Shown: positions 37,942 through 51,283 of the stretch, in pieces
Numbering within the stretch: position 1 is the stretch's first letter
Layout: the number at the start of each line of letters is the position of its first letter
Assembly: GCA_036785375.1 (NCBI GenBank)
Contig: JAWMAR010001139.1
Coordinates: 186,001 to 250,000 of the forward strand
DNA from: Leucoraja ocellata
Lineage: Eukaryota
Direction of reading: 5' to 3'
DNA length: 64,000 bases
Program-made: the position numbers and the translations under genes
Notes under the pieces: model-generated
What the model saw: the letters and a program-made list of their open reading frames with translations, nothing else
The model's database searches: none
What the model was told of the DNA's origin: nothing

Positions 37942-38699
37942 TCAAATGTTCAGCTATCCCGTTAGGTCACCAAGTGCTAAATTCTAGATAGATTATCGGC
38001 ACAGATCATTAACCAGTATCATGTGGACTGTGCACTATATTTGATCTTTATAATTTATTCTCAGCATTATTTAAATATTTTTCTGCTCACCATTTGTCCT
38101 GAAACTACCAGAACACTTTCCAGGATTCAAAACTGTCAATTAGCCATTATTCAGTCTGTGACAATATCAGACTGCTTGGATATTCCTCTCTAGTTCACCT
38201 AATTTCATCTACATTATTCAGCACTTTTCTATCTTTTATACAGTGTTCCCTGACAGAAATAGGACATCTGATCAGAATAAAAAATGATAAGAATTTTAAA
38301 AAATCAATAAAATAAAATGTTCAGTTTTCAGTTAACAGTTAATAAAAAATTAATCAAGGTTAAATCCTGATTCGCACGGTGCAGTTAGTCATTATGAAAC
38401 GTTATAGGAGTTTGATAATGGATTGGGGTAAAATATCTTATTGTGCTTTAGGCAGTTTTATCATTGCCATTGTTCCCCATGCTTCTTTAATCATTTGAAC
38501 TGAAGAGCTTAATCAGAATGAGTAATATAATGATGCAAACACATTGCAAAAATTTGGCAGCTCAGTAGCCAGCAGCATATACGCAATAGATGTGCTAATC
38601 ACAAAATACCTCCCCCAATACCTACCTGTGCCAGACACTGTGATCCCAACATAATTTGCTCCTCTGCTAAGTTACACTTTTAGAGTTCTATAGTTCTTT

Positions 38700-38820
38700 T
38701 ATGGGGAGAAGGCAGGAGAAAGGGGTTAAGAGGGAGAGATAGATCAGCCATGATTGAATGGCGGAGTAGACATGATGGGCCGAACGGCCTAATTCGACTC
38801 CTATCACTTATGACTATGAC
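38700..38820 (+). mobile_element. CR1-type LINE extreme 3' end
   Basis: atggggagaaggcagg...gatcagccatgattgaatggcgg...ggccgaacggcctaattc plus a (tatgac)n tail; inverse orientation to 36.1 kb. Confidence 0.75.
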
Positions 38821-39909
38821 CTATAATCCTGGATGAAATTTACAGCCCTTTGCAAAAGTAACACGTTTTTTCTTCATAATCAAATTCTCTTCATTGTAAA
38901 TCCCTCAGTCTCTATCCCGCCCTGTATGTATTTGCTGAATTTTGTCTGACAACGGAGATAGAACTGAGAAAGCTAGATGTGGAGGCTGATGTAGTCAACT
39001 TGCTTTAAAATATAGACACCTGCTACCATTTCAGCAGCTGCGGAAGTGAGAAGCTGTGGTTACCCCATTTTATATTTCAGTGGATTAGTCAGCACAAAAA
39101 ATTTAAAGCAACTCCGTCAGCATTCTGCAACTGAAGCAATTTAAACCAAAGTGTATAAGCAGATGGAGTTTTAAAGACTTCTTGTGTAAGTTTAATAAAA
39201 AGACAGAGGTGGAAGGCAAAAATAATTGTGAACAAAATTTCCCTTGCACTGGACTTTAATGAACTTATTCATTGAACTTCAGGCATTGGAACAATGAAAT
39301 TCTTGCAGCAGTATAAAGGCACATCAGCTATTACACTGTACTGAACCAGTTCATCTAAATGGATCGTCAAAGGAGGTTTAACTCTGATTGGCAGAGCAGA
39401 ATCCTCCACAAAGTAGCAAGACCAAGAACGCACGGTAGATTGAACTGGCAGTTAAGTGGTGTTGGGTGCTGCTGAATCCACAAGAGCCGCTGAGAATGAT
39501 ATACTTGTTGATTTTTGTTTTATTGTGGTCAGCTGAGATTATGCAGTTAATCAGAAGTAAAAAATGCAATTTTTGCATGTCTGTTGCATTATTCTAGAAT
39601 TCCAAATAAAATTCAAGGTAAAGATTCTTATAAATCCCTTTGAACCGCAAACACCAACTGCTTAGATTATGTGGTTGCAAGCTGCATCTAAAACCAACTT
39701 TAATTGCATTTATTATAGCCTACTAAATGAGTAAATGGGGAAGGAAAGGGTACAAGCAGAGTGGAACCACAGGTAAAGATTGAAATTCAGCTATTTAAAA
39801 TTTGAAAGCCGATTTAGATAAATAAATCTCATTGTCAAAAATAAACTAATATCAAAAAATAGAGCCTTTACCAAAAGGAAAAAAATTGCCCAACCCACAA
39901 CTGTGCTCA

Positions 39910-40077
<168 letters not shown>

Positions 40078-41862
40078 TCAATAGCTTATTAAAAAAGCAA
40101 ACTATTCTAGAGGAACAAAGTTCCAAAGCTCTCTTTCAAATTATATACTTTTTAAATAACTCCAAATCTTCTAGATTAAAAAAAAAATCACTGTTCATTC
40201 ACTTTACATTTTGCATTGCAGAATGGATAAATGTTCTACAGTCTCAGTAAAACAGCTAGATTTCACACATCACTTTCGCTTTCATATTTCATGAATTGTA
40301 TGTGAGTGGTAGAATGGGTGGGGGAAGAGTGGACAGTAGAGAGAAAATAAAAAATGGACTAGTGTTGCATTAGTATAAATGAGTGGTTGATGGTTAGTGT
40401 GGACTCGATGCACCAAAGGACCTGTTTCCATACTGTATCTCCAATCTATAGCAGGGTATTCACCTCATTAAGCCCTCAGATCAAAGCCATAAATCCCATT
40501 CCATCATATTTTCCAGTTAACTATTTAAAAAAAAATGTATACTAACTCCATGCGAGTCTTCACCGCCCACCAACATAGATCATACAGTATCCAATTAACT
40601 TACATATTGCATTTCTCCTTCCCCTTCCCCCCCCCCCCCCCCCCCCCCTCAACCCAGGGTCTTTTTTTAGATGGCATTAACCCTGAAATCTGTTATCAGC
40701 TGCATCAAATCTATTGGTAGAACGCTTGTCTTAATGAAATAAAAGACATGTTTTAAGGCATCCCACAACTGAAAAGAGCTTGTCTAATTACAGGGTGATA
40801 CAAGCAGTGCTGGTTCGGAATTTCCTTTTCCACTACACTCACGACGCACACCTTTGACGGTCATTTTTTCAAAAATTCTAGCATTGTTTCTGTGCAAAAC
40901 ACACCAGGCGGTGGAGAAGCTCAGAAGGTCAGGCAGCATCTGTTGAGGGGATAGACAGGCGACAATTGGGTCAGGATCCTTCTTCAGCCCCTTGTTTCTG
41001 TGCTTTATGTTTCATATGTCAGTTGTCATATGGCTCGACACTGGTAGAACCCCCCCACTGTTTCAACCTTCAGAGAACCAGCCCCCAGACAATCTTAGAG
41101 TCTTTTATGAAGATGGATGGCAGTCCCGAAGTTAGTCATAGTATATACAGTAAGTAATTGGATGAAGGACACTAATGATAAGGTGAGTAATAATGAGGGT
41201 GAAGTGATGGCAGACAGTGAATTTTTATTGCTGTTAGGGATCTTAGATGTAATTATTTCAAAGAAGGATTTGTTGCCCTCAATGTTTTCAAGGGACATTA
41301 TAACAGGAAACATGCTAAAAATAGTAATTAGGCATTGTGTACCATGCATATTAAAATGGGATAATACGAGTATGCTAGGGGTTAAGAGTTGTGAGAGTGT
41401 TTCTGTAACAGGATCCGAAACCAACATTGTTTCTCTTTAAATCACCCAGATTTAGTATCCGTGAGTACTGCTAGCAGGATGCATGCATGAATGTTCAAGC
41501 ATGACTGCTCCCTTCTCAATAAGGGAACATCAATACAGTTAAAATCCTGCATATTTAAACCACTCCATGACACAGCATCCAGGTTCAATAATCACTTGGC
41601 AGATTTGCATTACAAATTACAAGTTAATGTTCAACTGACTTAAAACAAAACTAGAATATAGCAAACATTTGTATCACTGTTGTTACTCCTGCTAAAATAA
41701 TGGGACAGATAAATGCTATTTACAAGGGAATTTGAAGCTATCATATTTCATCAAACTTCAACTGAGTAACATTACGACCATTTAGCTTGAAATTCAGGCT
41801 GCCCAGGTTGTATCGTACAGCAATTTCATCAAGGACGTACACTAGCACACTAGTTTACTTAC

Positions 41863-41925
41863 CATGGAAATTTGTGGCCATAACACCTGATATGGCCACC
41901 TTTCCATAGTTCAGAGACGTGAATG
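41863..41925 (-). other. RPS6KB1: Candidate 63-nt in-frame cassette exon in RPS6KB1 intron 6
   Basis: ctctgcttactacatattctcacttcag| 63 nt, no stop in the exon-6 frame, ATG|GTAAGT donor; internal hairpin. Confidence 0.45.
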
Positions 41926-42219
41926 CTGAAGTGAGAATATGTAGTAAGCAGAGGTAAAAAATGTTTCAATCTTTTGATAAACAAGATGTATTAAGTAATG
42001 AGATATCAACACCACAACTCAGTCAAGTTTTGGTTTGACATGCAAATAGAGAATTTATTCCAATTTGACATCTCCAAATCATAGAAGTGGAAGATTGATA
42101 AGTCTTAAAAACACCAGATTCAGCCATTTACATTAACATGTTAACCTGACGTGGGTTCCACTTCCTAAAGCTGTTTACAAGCGCCATTTTTAAACAGTGT
42201 GTTATATTCAAAATAATTA

Positions 42220-42535
42220 GGACAGCACAGTGATGCAGCTCGTAAAGCTATTGCCTCACAGCGGCAGAGACTCTGGTTCGAACCCGACTTCAGGAGGTGC
42301 CTGTATGATGTTTGCATGTTTTCCCTGTGACTGTACAAATTCCCTCAGGTTTCCTCCAACATCCCAAAGTCGCGAGGGTTTGTAGGTTAATTGGCCTCTG
42401 TAATTTATCCCTTGTGTTTAGGGAGTGAATGCAAAAGTAAGGTCACAATCAACTAGTGTGAAGGGGTGATCGATGGTCAGCATGGATTTGGAGGACTGAA
42501 TGGTTTACTTTCATGCAGTATCCTTCAATCAATCA
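42220..42535 (+). mobile_element. tRNA-derived SINE (HE1/V-SINE-like)
   Basis: A box gtgatgcagctcgta, B box ggttcgaaccc, central acatcccaaag, (aatc)n tail. Confidence 0.8.
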
Positions 42536-42955
42536 TTTATCAATTGAATTAAAAGCAGAATTTTCACTCAACTGCCATCTCACTGAAATGCTTTGTGCTT
42601 AGAAATGAGATTGACTGCAGGCCATGGGTTTATCACCAATAAAGACAATAAACATGCCAGATGTGCAAACTGCATAGAGGTGCATACAATATGAAGCCCA
42701 GAATGGAATTTGTAAACATAAGATGGTCAACAGTAAATTCAACTGTGAACAGGAAAAAGTAGCTAAATTACTGAGCTCACAGCCACAAAGCAGTTAAGGT
42801 GAATGGCATACATGCATTTAAGGAGAAACTGGAAAATGACAAAGCAGTAAGAACTGTTTGATATTCAAGGAGTTAGATGAAGTTGTATAAGATCAGAGTC
42901 ATGGAGTAAAACACCAGCACCGTGGCCGCTTCGTACACCTTGCAATGGTTACTTA

Positions 42956-43081
<126 letters not shown>

Positions 43082-44539
43082 TTATACAGGACTGGTGGAG
43101 GAGACAGAAATTCAGGCATTTCTAGAATATTTCACATCACAATTTACTGTTGTACTGATCAGGACAAGGTTAAAGCATCAAGAATTCTGATGTTCTTATA
43201 AAGAAGCATAATATATAAAATACAGGATTCTGTCATGTCTCTTCAAAATGCAATTTCTGCCACACCTCATACAGTACTTAATTCTGGACTTTGCAGAAAA
43301 AAGATGCAAGGGCACGAAAGAGGCTGCAGTTTTAATAAAATGGCGCTTGGATGAGGGATTTCAATAACATGGATGGAATGGAAAATCTAGGATTGTTGCT
43401 TCTAGATATCTGACTTCAGAAATCTAATTTGCTTGAGTTTTTTTAAATCATAAAGGATTTGAATAGTGGAGGGAATCTGCACCAATTGAAAGAGTCAAGA
43501 ACCGTAGGTTTAAGACATTGTCAGAAGAGCTGGGATTGCAATGGAGCAATACCATCTCGGGCAGTGAGTTCTCATGATCTAAAATTTGTTGCCCGAAAGA
43601 GCGATGGAAATATAATCAACTGCAGTTTTCAAAAGGGAATTTAAAACACACCCATAGTTAAGGAGCCATAGGACTGACTACATTCCCCTTGTAAATAGCT
43701 GCTAGGGCTTGATCGATTGAGTGTGCTCTTCTGAGCTCAAGTATTTAATGCCACAATCCATTCATTGTTTCAAACAAGATTTTCGTCTGAAGATGGTGCA
43801 TTTAATACCATGTGAACTTATATTCCCACTTTCCTCTACTCTTCCACGGCATTAAGGCTATTACAGTAAAGAAAATGACTGCTCTTAATAAAACTCCTAC
43901 AGCAATGACAATGAATTCCATCAATTTTAATACAAGCATCCACTCAATCAAATTCTTTCAAACCTGCCAAGCCATTCCCAAGAACCAACTTTTGCCATGC
44001 CAAAATTAATGAACCATTTACAAGCAAAGTGACTGAAGAACTGAATCCTAAAGGACACCCCACTTGCAATCGAGAAACTAGTCTTACTTCAACACTCCTT
44101 GATAATTGGTTCTTATTTCTATTTGCTATTTTGATCCATATTATTTCATACTCTCTCTTTAACACTACTGTTCTGATCAATGTCCTTCCAAAATGCACAT
44201 ATACCTATCTATTATGTACTAGATCGGTTACTGACATTTGGCAGACACCTTGTGGCTATTAATTCCAAGCTGTTCTCTGATAACACGGTTAGACATAGAA
44301 ACCCGATCTTTGTATGACTGAGATGCACATTTTTATTTATTATTATTTTGGAATTGCTCTAGAAAGAATGTGGCATCATCTCTCAGTTCAATTCAAATAC
44401 GATTATATGTTTGTTTCACACAGCTCACATGGTTAAGGTAAAGTCAAGATCACCAGAAGCTCTCTGACTAACAATGACACAACAATCAATGATTTAAACT
44501 AGTGAAACAATGTTCAGTAACTTCACATGGCGCAACAAT

Positions 44540-45246
<707 letters not shown>

Positions 45247-45354
45247 TCACTGCACTGGAAAGATCACTGGCTGTATAAATGATAACACCGCAACATCAGA
45301 TCAGGATTTAGATCTAAGGCTGAAATCCAACCAAATCCAATAAGATTAAGGTCT

Positions 45355-45483
45355 TCAAGAAGGAACTGCAGATGCTGGAAAATCGAAGGTACACAAAAAT
45401 GCTGGAGAAACTCAGCGGGTGCAGCAGCATCTATGGAGCGAAGGAAATAGGTGACGTTTCGGGCCGAAACCCTTCTTCAGACT
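45355..45483 (-). mobile_element. Young Penelope-like terminal repeat with intact minimal hammerhead motif (45453-45480)
   Basis: Minus strand CUGAAGA-A-GGGU(UUCG)GCCC-GAAAC-GUC, then acctatttccttcgctccatagatgctgctgcacccgctgag...; CpGs retained. Confidence 0.82.
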
Positions 45484-46344
45484 AAAGTCTGCTCTCTACC
45501 ATCTGCAACATTTTAAATTAAGTTTGTCTGGACAGTCTCAATTCCATTAGAAGCAAACTGACAGCAGAAGGCTGTCCATAAATTGCAATACCAGTCAGAA
45601 AGGTTATATAGTAACTGCCTTGGCAAGTAGATACAAGTTGCTGGCACAATAGGGTTGGCAGCATTTCATCAGTGCACAGGCTGCTTTATGCTGCAGTCAG
45701 ACTAAATGCTTAATTTCCAAGCCCCAGCTAGCTCTAAAGTCATATCAGGTCAATATAGTGCAATATTAACTTCATAGTTTGTTCAGAGGTGGGTGGAGAA
45801 AGCATGTCGTTGCTAAGATTTTGCAGGGCATGTCAGCGTGGAGCATCTATGTACAACAAAGAGGAATTCAGTGGGTCAAGCAGCATCTGTGGGTGGGAAA
45901 GGAATTGTTGTTGTTTCAGGCCAAAACCCTACATCATGAGAAGAGTGGAGAGGGAAGATGGTGTATAAAGGGAGAGGGAGTGGCAAGACAGGGACCAGTG
46001 GGTGATCAGGTCTCAGGAGGTGGTGAGGGATGACAGGCATTTTGAGCCAAGGTGAGGAGATGGATAGTAGGTTATAAATGGAGGCAGACAAAAGGCCATA
46101 TGGAGCCCGGTAAGGGGAGAGGAGGGTGCAGACAGCTCAGAAGGTGATGCGCAGTAACATTAAATGATAGTGGTGGAAACTAATTAAAAATGGAAGATGA
46201 TAATAGGACCTATTAGGGGATATGTGAGGAGCAGGTGAAACCCAAAGGGAAGTAGGGGTGAGAGAGGATCAATGGGTGAAATGTTGATGGAAACATGAAG
46301 GGGAGAGGGACCGAAAGGGATAATAAAGAGCTGGGCGAGAGTGG

Positions 46345-46600
46345 GACCATGATACAGCCAGTAGAGTTGCCCAGGTTCGATCCCGACCCACTGTGTTGAG
46401 TTTGCACATTCTCCGTGACCACCTGAGTTCCCTCTGGGTGCTCTGGTTTCTGCTCATATCCCAAAGATGTTTATGTTTATAGGTTATATGGCCTCTGCAA
46501 AATTTCCCTTTTTGTACAGGGAGTGGATGAGAAAGTGGAATAACATAGAATTAGCGTGCACAGGTGATCAATGATCTGTTTCCCTGCCGTATGACTAAAA
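46345..46600 (+). mobile_element. tRNA-derived SINE (HE1/V-SINE-like), partly deleted
   Basis: B box ggttcgatccc; tttgcacattctccgtgacc..catatcccaaagatg. Confidence 0.75.
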
Positions 46601-46620
46601 CCAAAAACAAATATGGAAAG

Positions 46621-46758
46621 TGTTTAAGAAGGAACTGCAGATGCTGGAAAATCGAAGGTACACAAAAAAGTTGGAGAAACTCAGCGGGTGCAGCAGCATC
46701 TATGGAGCTCCATAGATGCTGCTGCACCCGCTGAGTTTCTTCAGCTTTTTTGTGTACC
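46621..46758. mobile_element. Fold-back Penelope terminal-repeat insertion with 15-bp TSD
   Basis: 102-bp palindrome at 46657-46758 centred on GAGCTC (2 mismatches); AACAAATATGGAAAG at 46606-46620 and 46759-46773. Confidence 0.85.
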
Positions 46759-46799
46759 AACAAATATGGAAAGGTTGGTGAGGGGATGGTGGAAAACAA

Positions 46800-47330
46800 A
46801 AATCACATTAGAGATGAGAATTACCTAAAAATAGAATATTCAATGTTCATACATTGGAGTTGTAGGCTACCCAGGTAGAATACGAGATATTGTTCCACTA
46901 ATTCTCACTCGGCCTCACCCTGTCAGTGAAGAAGTCCGAAGATTTACAGGTCGTTGTATATATGGGACAGGAATTAAAATGTCATGCAACTGGGAGCTCA
47001 GGGTGGCCACTGAGGAAAGAGTGCAAGTGCTCTGCTAATCAGTCATCTAGTTTGCACTTGGCATCGCCAACATAGAGATGGTCACATCGAGGGCACCAAA
47101 TGCAGATGATGAGGTTGGAGGAAATGCATGTGAATCTTTGCCTCACCTTGAAGGGCTGTTTGTTCCCGGATGTTGATGAGGGAGGAAATGCAAAGGCATG
47201 CATTGCCAGGAATCAGGAAGAGGAGGGATAAGCAAAACGGAGTTACGGTAGAAATGGTCCCTGCAAAAGGCGGAGATGGGTGGGGAGAAGAAAATATGCT
47301 CGGGGAGGATTCTTGTTGCAGCCAACAGTG
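46800..47330 (-). mobile_element. Old Penelope-like GIY-YIG region
   Basis: Reverse complement parallels 23945-24470 (IFFSPPISAFCRD..; ...EQYLVFYLGSLQLQCMNIEYS). Confidence 0.7.
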
Positions 47331-47496
47331 TAGACCTCAAGACAGCAGAAGTCCTACCTTTAAAGTGTAACAGAAACTATCTTGCCTCCCCTCCCCCTAC
47401 AGCAGCCTACTTGGGTGCATTATTTAGCTTGCCGAATTCAGCAACAAGTGAAGCCACCAATCTATGTTCGATCTATAATCAGTGTGCTGTATTATA

Positions 47497-48326
47497 CAGG
47501 CATGATATTCACCTCCAAATAAAAAGTAGGATGTATTGGCCAGGGGTCCTAGAAGCTGGCTAGGCCCCCGGCAGGGTCCAGAGGCAGCGCCCAGTGGGGG
47601 TTCAGGGGGCTCCTGCATTTTCAATAAATTGAAAGTAATTCCTAAGCTTTCTGCTGGTAGTTTACATCACAGAAGCTTAGAATTTAGTAGAAAACTAAAA
47701 ACCTCTGCCAATAACAATGAAAACAAAAATTCCCAATATAAACAGAATATCACCAGAAAAGGAGGGGGTAGCCGCTGCCCGGGAGGTAGGGCCCCGCATC
47801 TCTCTAACCCCCACTATCATCGCCGGTACCATTCCCTTTCCCGTCGCAGCTCCATATTAATTAATTTATTTTCCCCACAAGAGAGGGGGGTGGGAGGGGA
47901 TCAAGGCCCCGCAGCCATCTCAGCTGTCCGGGCATCCCGGTCACCCCGCGCTCCCTTTCGTGGCCCCGCATCACACCCGCTCACGCTCCGGTTCCCTCCG
48001 ACAAACGGGCACCGTCACAGCCAAAGATACTAGAGGAAGAGTATGATCTTTGATCACAGCTCGCATGGTGCCGCTGGGCTGATCTCAGCAGCAGCAAAAG
48101 AGTGTTATGTTCCCTCTGCCCAAGGCCTCCCGCGTGTCTCCCTTGCTATTGGCTGACCTTGCTGACTACCAACATAAATCACAAGCTTGCCCACTTCCAA
48201 ACCGGTACCTCCACTGACTCTCCTTCCCTCACCCTTTTATTTTACGATCTTGCCAACTAAACTGTGCCAAAATTGGGCACAAAAAATACCAGAATTCTGA
48301 TTTAAATCGGAAGAATATCATGCCCG
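47497..48326. mobile_element. Non-autonomous DNA transposon, 830 bp, 6-bp TSD
   Basis: Left CAGGCATGATATTC, right GAATATCATGCCCG (13/14 inverted match). ATTATA is duplicated at 47491-47496 and 48327-48332. GC/CpG-rich interior. Confidence 0.75.
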
Positions 48327-48487
48327 ATTATAAAAAAAGACAACCTCGGCTGTTGTCCAGCAACCCTCATTGCGTTTTTCATATCATTCTTCATCTCCAG
48401 GATGCTATCGTATGAGGTACTCAAATAAGGTAGGCAAATTTACTCAAAGCATACTCCATAAAATCTGATCTGTACCCCAACTCCACT

Positions 48488-50208
48488 TCGGCTACTGTGG
48501 CAGGGCTTGAATACTATCACCTCCTCAGGAGGCAGCTCAAACGACAGCGAAGCATCGCTCCCTGACGAACTCAATGCGTTCTACGCATGCTTTGATAGGG
48601 AGAACACCAATGTGCTTTCCCAAGCCCTCATTCGCCCTGATGGTATTACAGTCACAGAGGCCGACGTCAGACGATCCTTCAGGTGGGTGAACCCTCGGAA
48701 AGCACCTGGACCTGATGGTATACCCGGTCGAGTTCTTAAAACCTGTGCAGACCAACTGGCTGGAGTCTTTGTGGACATTTTCAACCTCTCAGTCCTGAGG
48801 TCTGAGATTCCCACCTGCTTTAAGAGGACATCAATAATACCAGCACCCAAGAAGAGTAAGGTGACGTGCCTCAATGACTATCGACCAGTGTCGGTGGTGA
48901 TGAAGTGTTTTAAGAGGCTGGTTATGGTGCATATCAACTCCTACCTCGACAAGCACCTCGACCCACTGCAGTTCGCCTACCGCCACCACAGGTCAACGGA
49001 GGATGCGGTCTCACTGGCTCTCCACTCCGCATTGGACCACTTGGACAATAAAAACACTTACGTCAGGCTGTTGTTTATAGACAACTCGCCATTCAATTCC
49101 ATCATCCCCTCCAAGCTGGTTACCAAGCTCACGAAACTGGGTCTCTACGCATCTGTCTGCAATTGGATCTTCGACTTCCTCATCCACAGACCACAGTCAG
49201 TTCGAATTGGCAGAAACAATCAGTACGGAAGCACCTCAAGGCTGCGTGCTCAGCCCCCTGCTTTACTCACTTTATACCCATGACTGTGTAGCCGGACATA
49301 GTGCGAACTTCATCATCAAGTTTACCGACAACACCACTGTTGTTGGACGAATCACAGATGGGGATGAGTCAGAGTATAGAAGTGAGATCGACCGATTGAC
49401 CAAATAATGCCAGCACAACAACCTGGCTCTCAACATCAGTAAAACCAAGGAACTGATTGTGGACATTGGAAGGGGAAGGATGAGGACCCACAAACCTGTT
49501 TATATCAATGGGACGATGGTGGAGAGGGTTAAAAACTTCACATTCCTGGGCGTGCATATTTCCGAAGATCTTTCCTGGACCCAGCACACTGATGCAATTA
49601 TAAAGAATCAGCGACTCTACTTCCTGAGAAGATTACAGAGATTCAGTATATCAAAGAGGATTCTCTTGAACTTCTACAGGTGCACAGTGGAGAGCATACT
49701 GACTGGTTGCATCATGGCCTGGTTCGGCAACTTGAACGCCCAGGAGCGGAAAAGACTTCAAAAAGTTGTGACCGCTGTCCAGTCCATCACCGGCTTTAAC
49801 CTCCCCACCATCGAAGGGATCTATCGAAGACGCTGCCTCAAAAAGGCAGCCAACATCATCAAAGACCCACACCATCCTGGCCACTCACTCATTTCACCAT
49901 TGCCATCGGGAAGAAGGTACAGGAGCCTGAAAACTGTAACGTCCAGGTTCAGGAACAGCTTCTTCCCTATAGCCATCAGGCTATTAAACACGACAACAAA
50001 AAGCTCTGAACTACAACAGACTATTATTATTATTGCACAATATTTGTTTATTTATTGTGTATGTTTGCATGTGTATATAAACACACTGAACTTTTTTTCA
50101 TTTTCCCGTTATGTACTATGTTTACATATTCTGTTGTGCTGCAGCAAGTAAGAATTTAATTGTCCTATCTGGGATATATGACAATAAAACACTCTCGACT
50201 TGACTCTT
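48488..50208 (+). mobile_element. Rex1/Babar-clade LINE, 5'-truncated, frameshifted RT
   Basis: SLPDELNAFY..F, KAPGPDGIPGRVLK, LNDYRPV, DPLQFAYR..RSTEDA, PQGCVLSP, IIKFTDN, QRLYFLRRL; ends gacaataaaacactc followed by a short (ttgac)-like repeat. Confidence 0.92.
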
Positions 50209-51214
50209 AATTGGCGCATTCCAATTCCTGGACATAATAAAAATACTCTCATCTCAGTCACAAACATAATTTCTTACAGACTTTTGGGAGCATTTTTCCT
50301 AACATTTGATTCAATTGCCAAATTGCCTAACGTTAAGACCAATTATACCCGTTAGATTTACCCAGCAATGAAAGTAGATTATAGTCACTGTCAAATGCAC
50401 CTTACAATATCAATAATCTCAGGCTTTCTCAAACTGCTGAACTTTGGGAACACAAACCGAATGTAACCAATTGTTCTCATGGTGTAATGCTTTAAAGCCC
50501 ATGTGCCATTCTGGTGAATCTCTTACTAAACCTACTATAAAGCAAAGAGATCTTTAAGGAGCTGTAATCCCAAATTTCATTGAACCTGCAAAGTTCTTAG
50601 ATTCTTACCACTTAGAAAATACTTCCAATTTATTGGATATATATACAGCTGGACAGTGAACTCTTGTTATCATTTGAACCACTCATTTGACCCCTGTCCA
50701 GTTATAACATCCTATCACCATCTACATAACTTACCTAGAGAACTATTTAAACTGTTTTGAGGTTAAATTTTCAATGTAATTTTTCATCCAAAAAGCTCTA
50801 AAAATATTCATCGAGTGACTTGTGGCAACACACGTGGATGAACCCACTGATGAAGTGCTCGCGGCGAGTTTACTGCAATTTTTTTAAAAAGTCAGACTAT
50901 TTTGGGAAAGGTTATTTTTAGCTAACCTTTATAACAGATTTGTCTCAGGCAGTACTGACGTATAATGTACAGCCTTAATTTGACAAGTCACATATATCGG
51001 TCATTTTTGGAAGATAGACTTTGAAACCATTTTAAAAAATCCTCATGGTTTAATGCCTGGAACTATTTCTGGATTTAGAGGTAGGTTTTAATCCACATCC
51101 CAAATCACCAATTACAGAAACTTGTAAAAAAAACTATAGAGGGAGTAAATAAAATTAGTGATGATTCTGGGCTTAGGACAGAGATAAAAACAGTTGAATG
51201 ATTATGGACATTAC

Positions 51215-51283
51215 CTTCTTTAGCACTTTCATGGCAAATATCTTTCCAGTATATGCACCCAATACCTTCCTTACTTGGAAAAC
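51215..51283 (-). CDS. RPS6KB1: RPS6KB1 exon 4 (catalytic Lys, AMKVLKK)
   Basis: 69 nt, VFQVRKVLGAYTGKIFAMKVLKK; ttgcag| ... |gtaatg. Confidence 0.97.

Noticed and set aside
40621-40648. Long C/G homopolymer tracts (also near 13671 and 44836) as G-quadruplex elements
   Set aside because: Simple homopolymers are common in such genomes and their length is unreliable in assemblies.
41095-41440. Overlapping 110-aa (-) and 107-aa (+) ORFs in intron 6
   Set aside because: No recognisable domain and no convincing acceptor in frame with exon 6; mirrored ORFs of this length occur by chance.
42220-42295. Possible tRNA gene
   Set aside because: A/B boxes run directly into a SINE body with several diverged copies in the window; no intact cloverleaf.
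47536-48033. 165-aa + strand ORF
   Set aside because: Lies in the GC-rich interior of a non-autonomous transposon; no transposase or other motifs.
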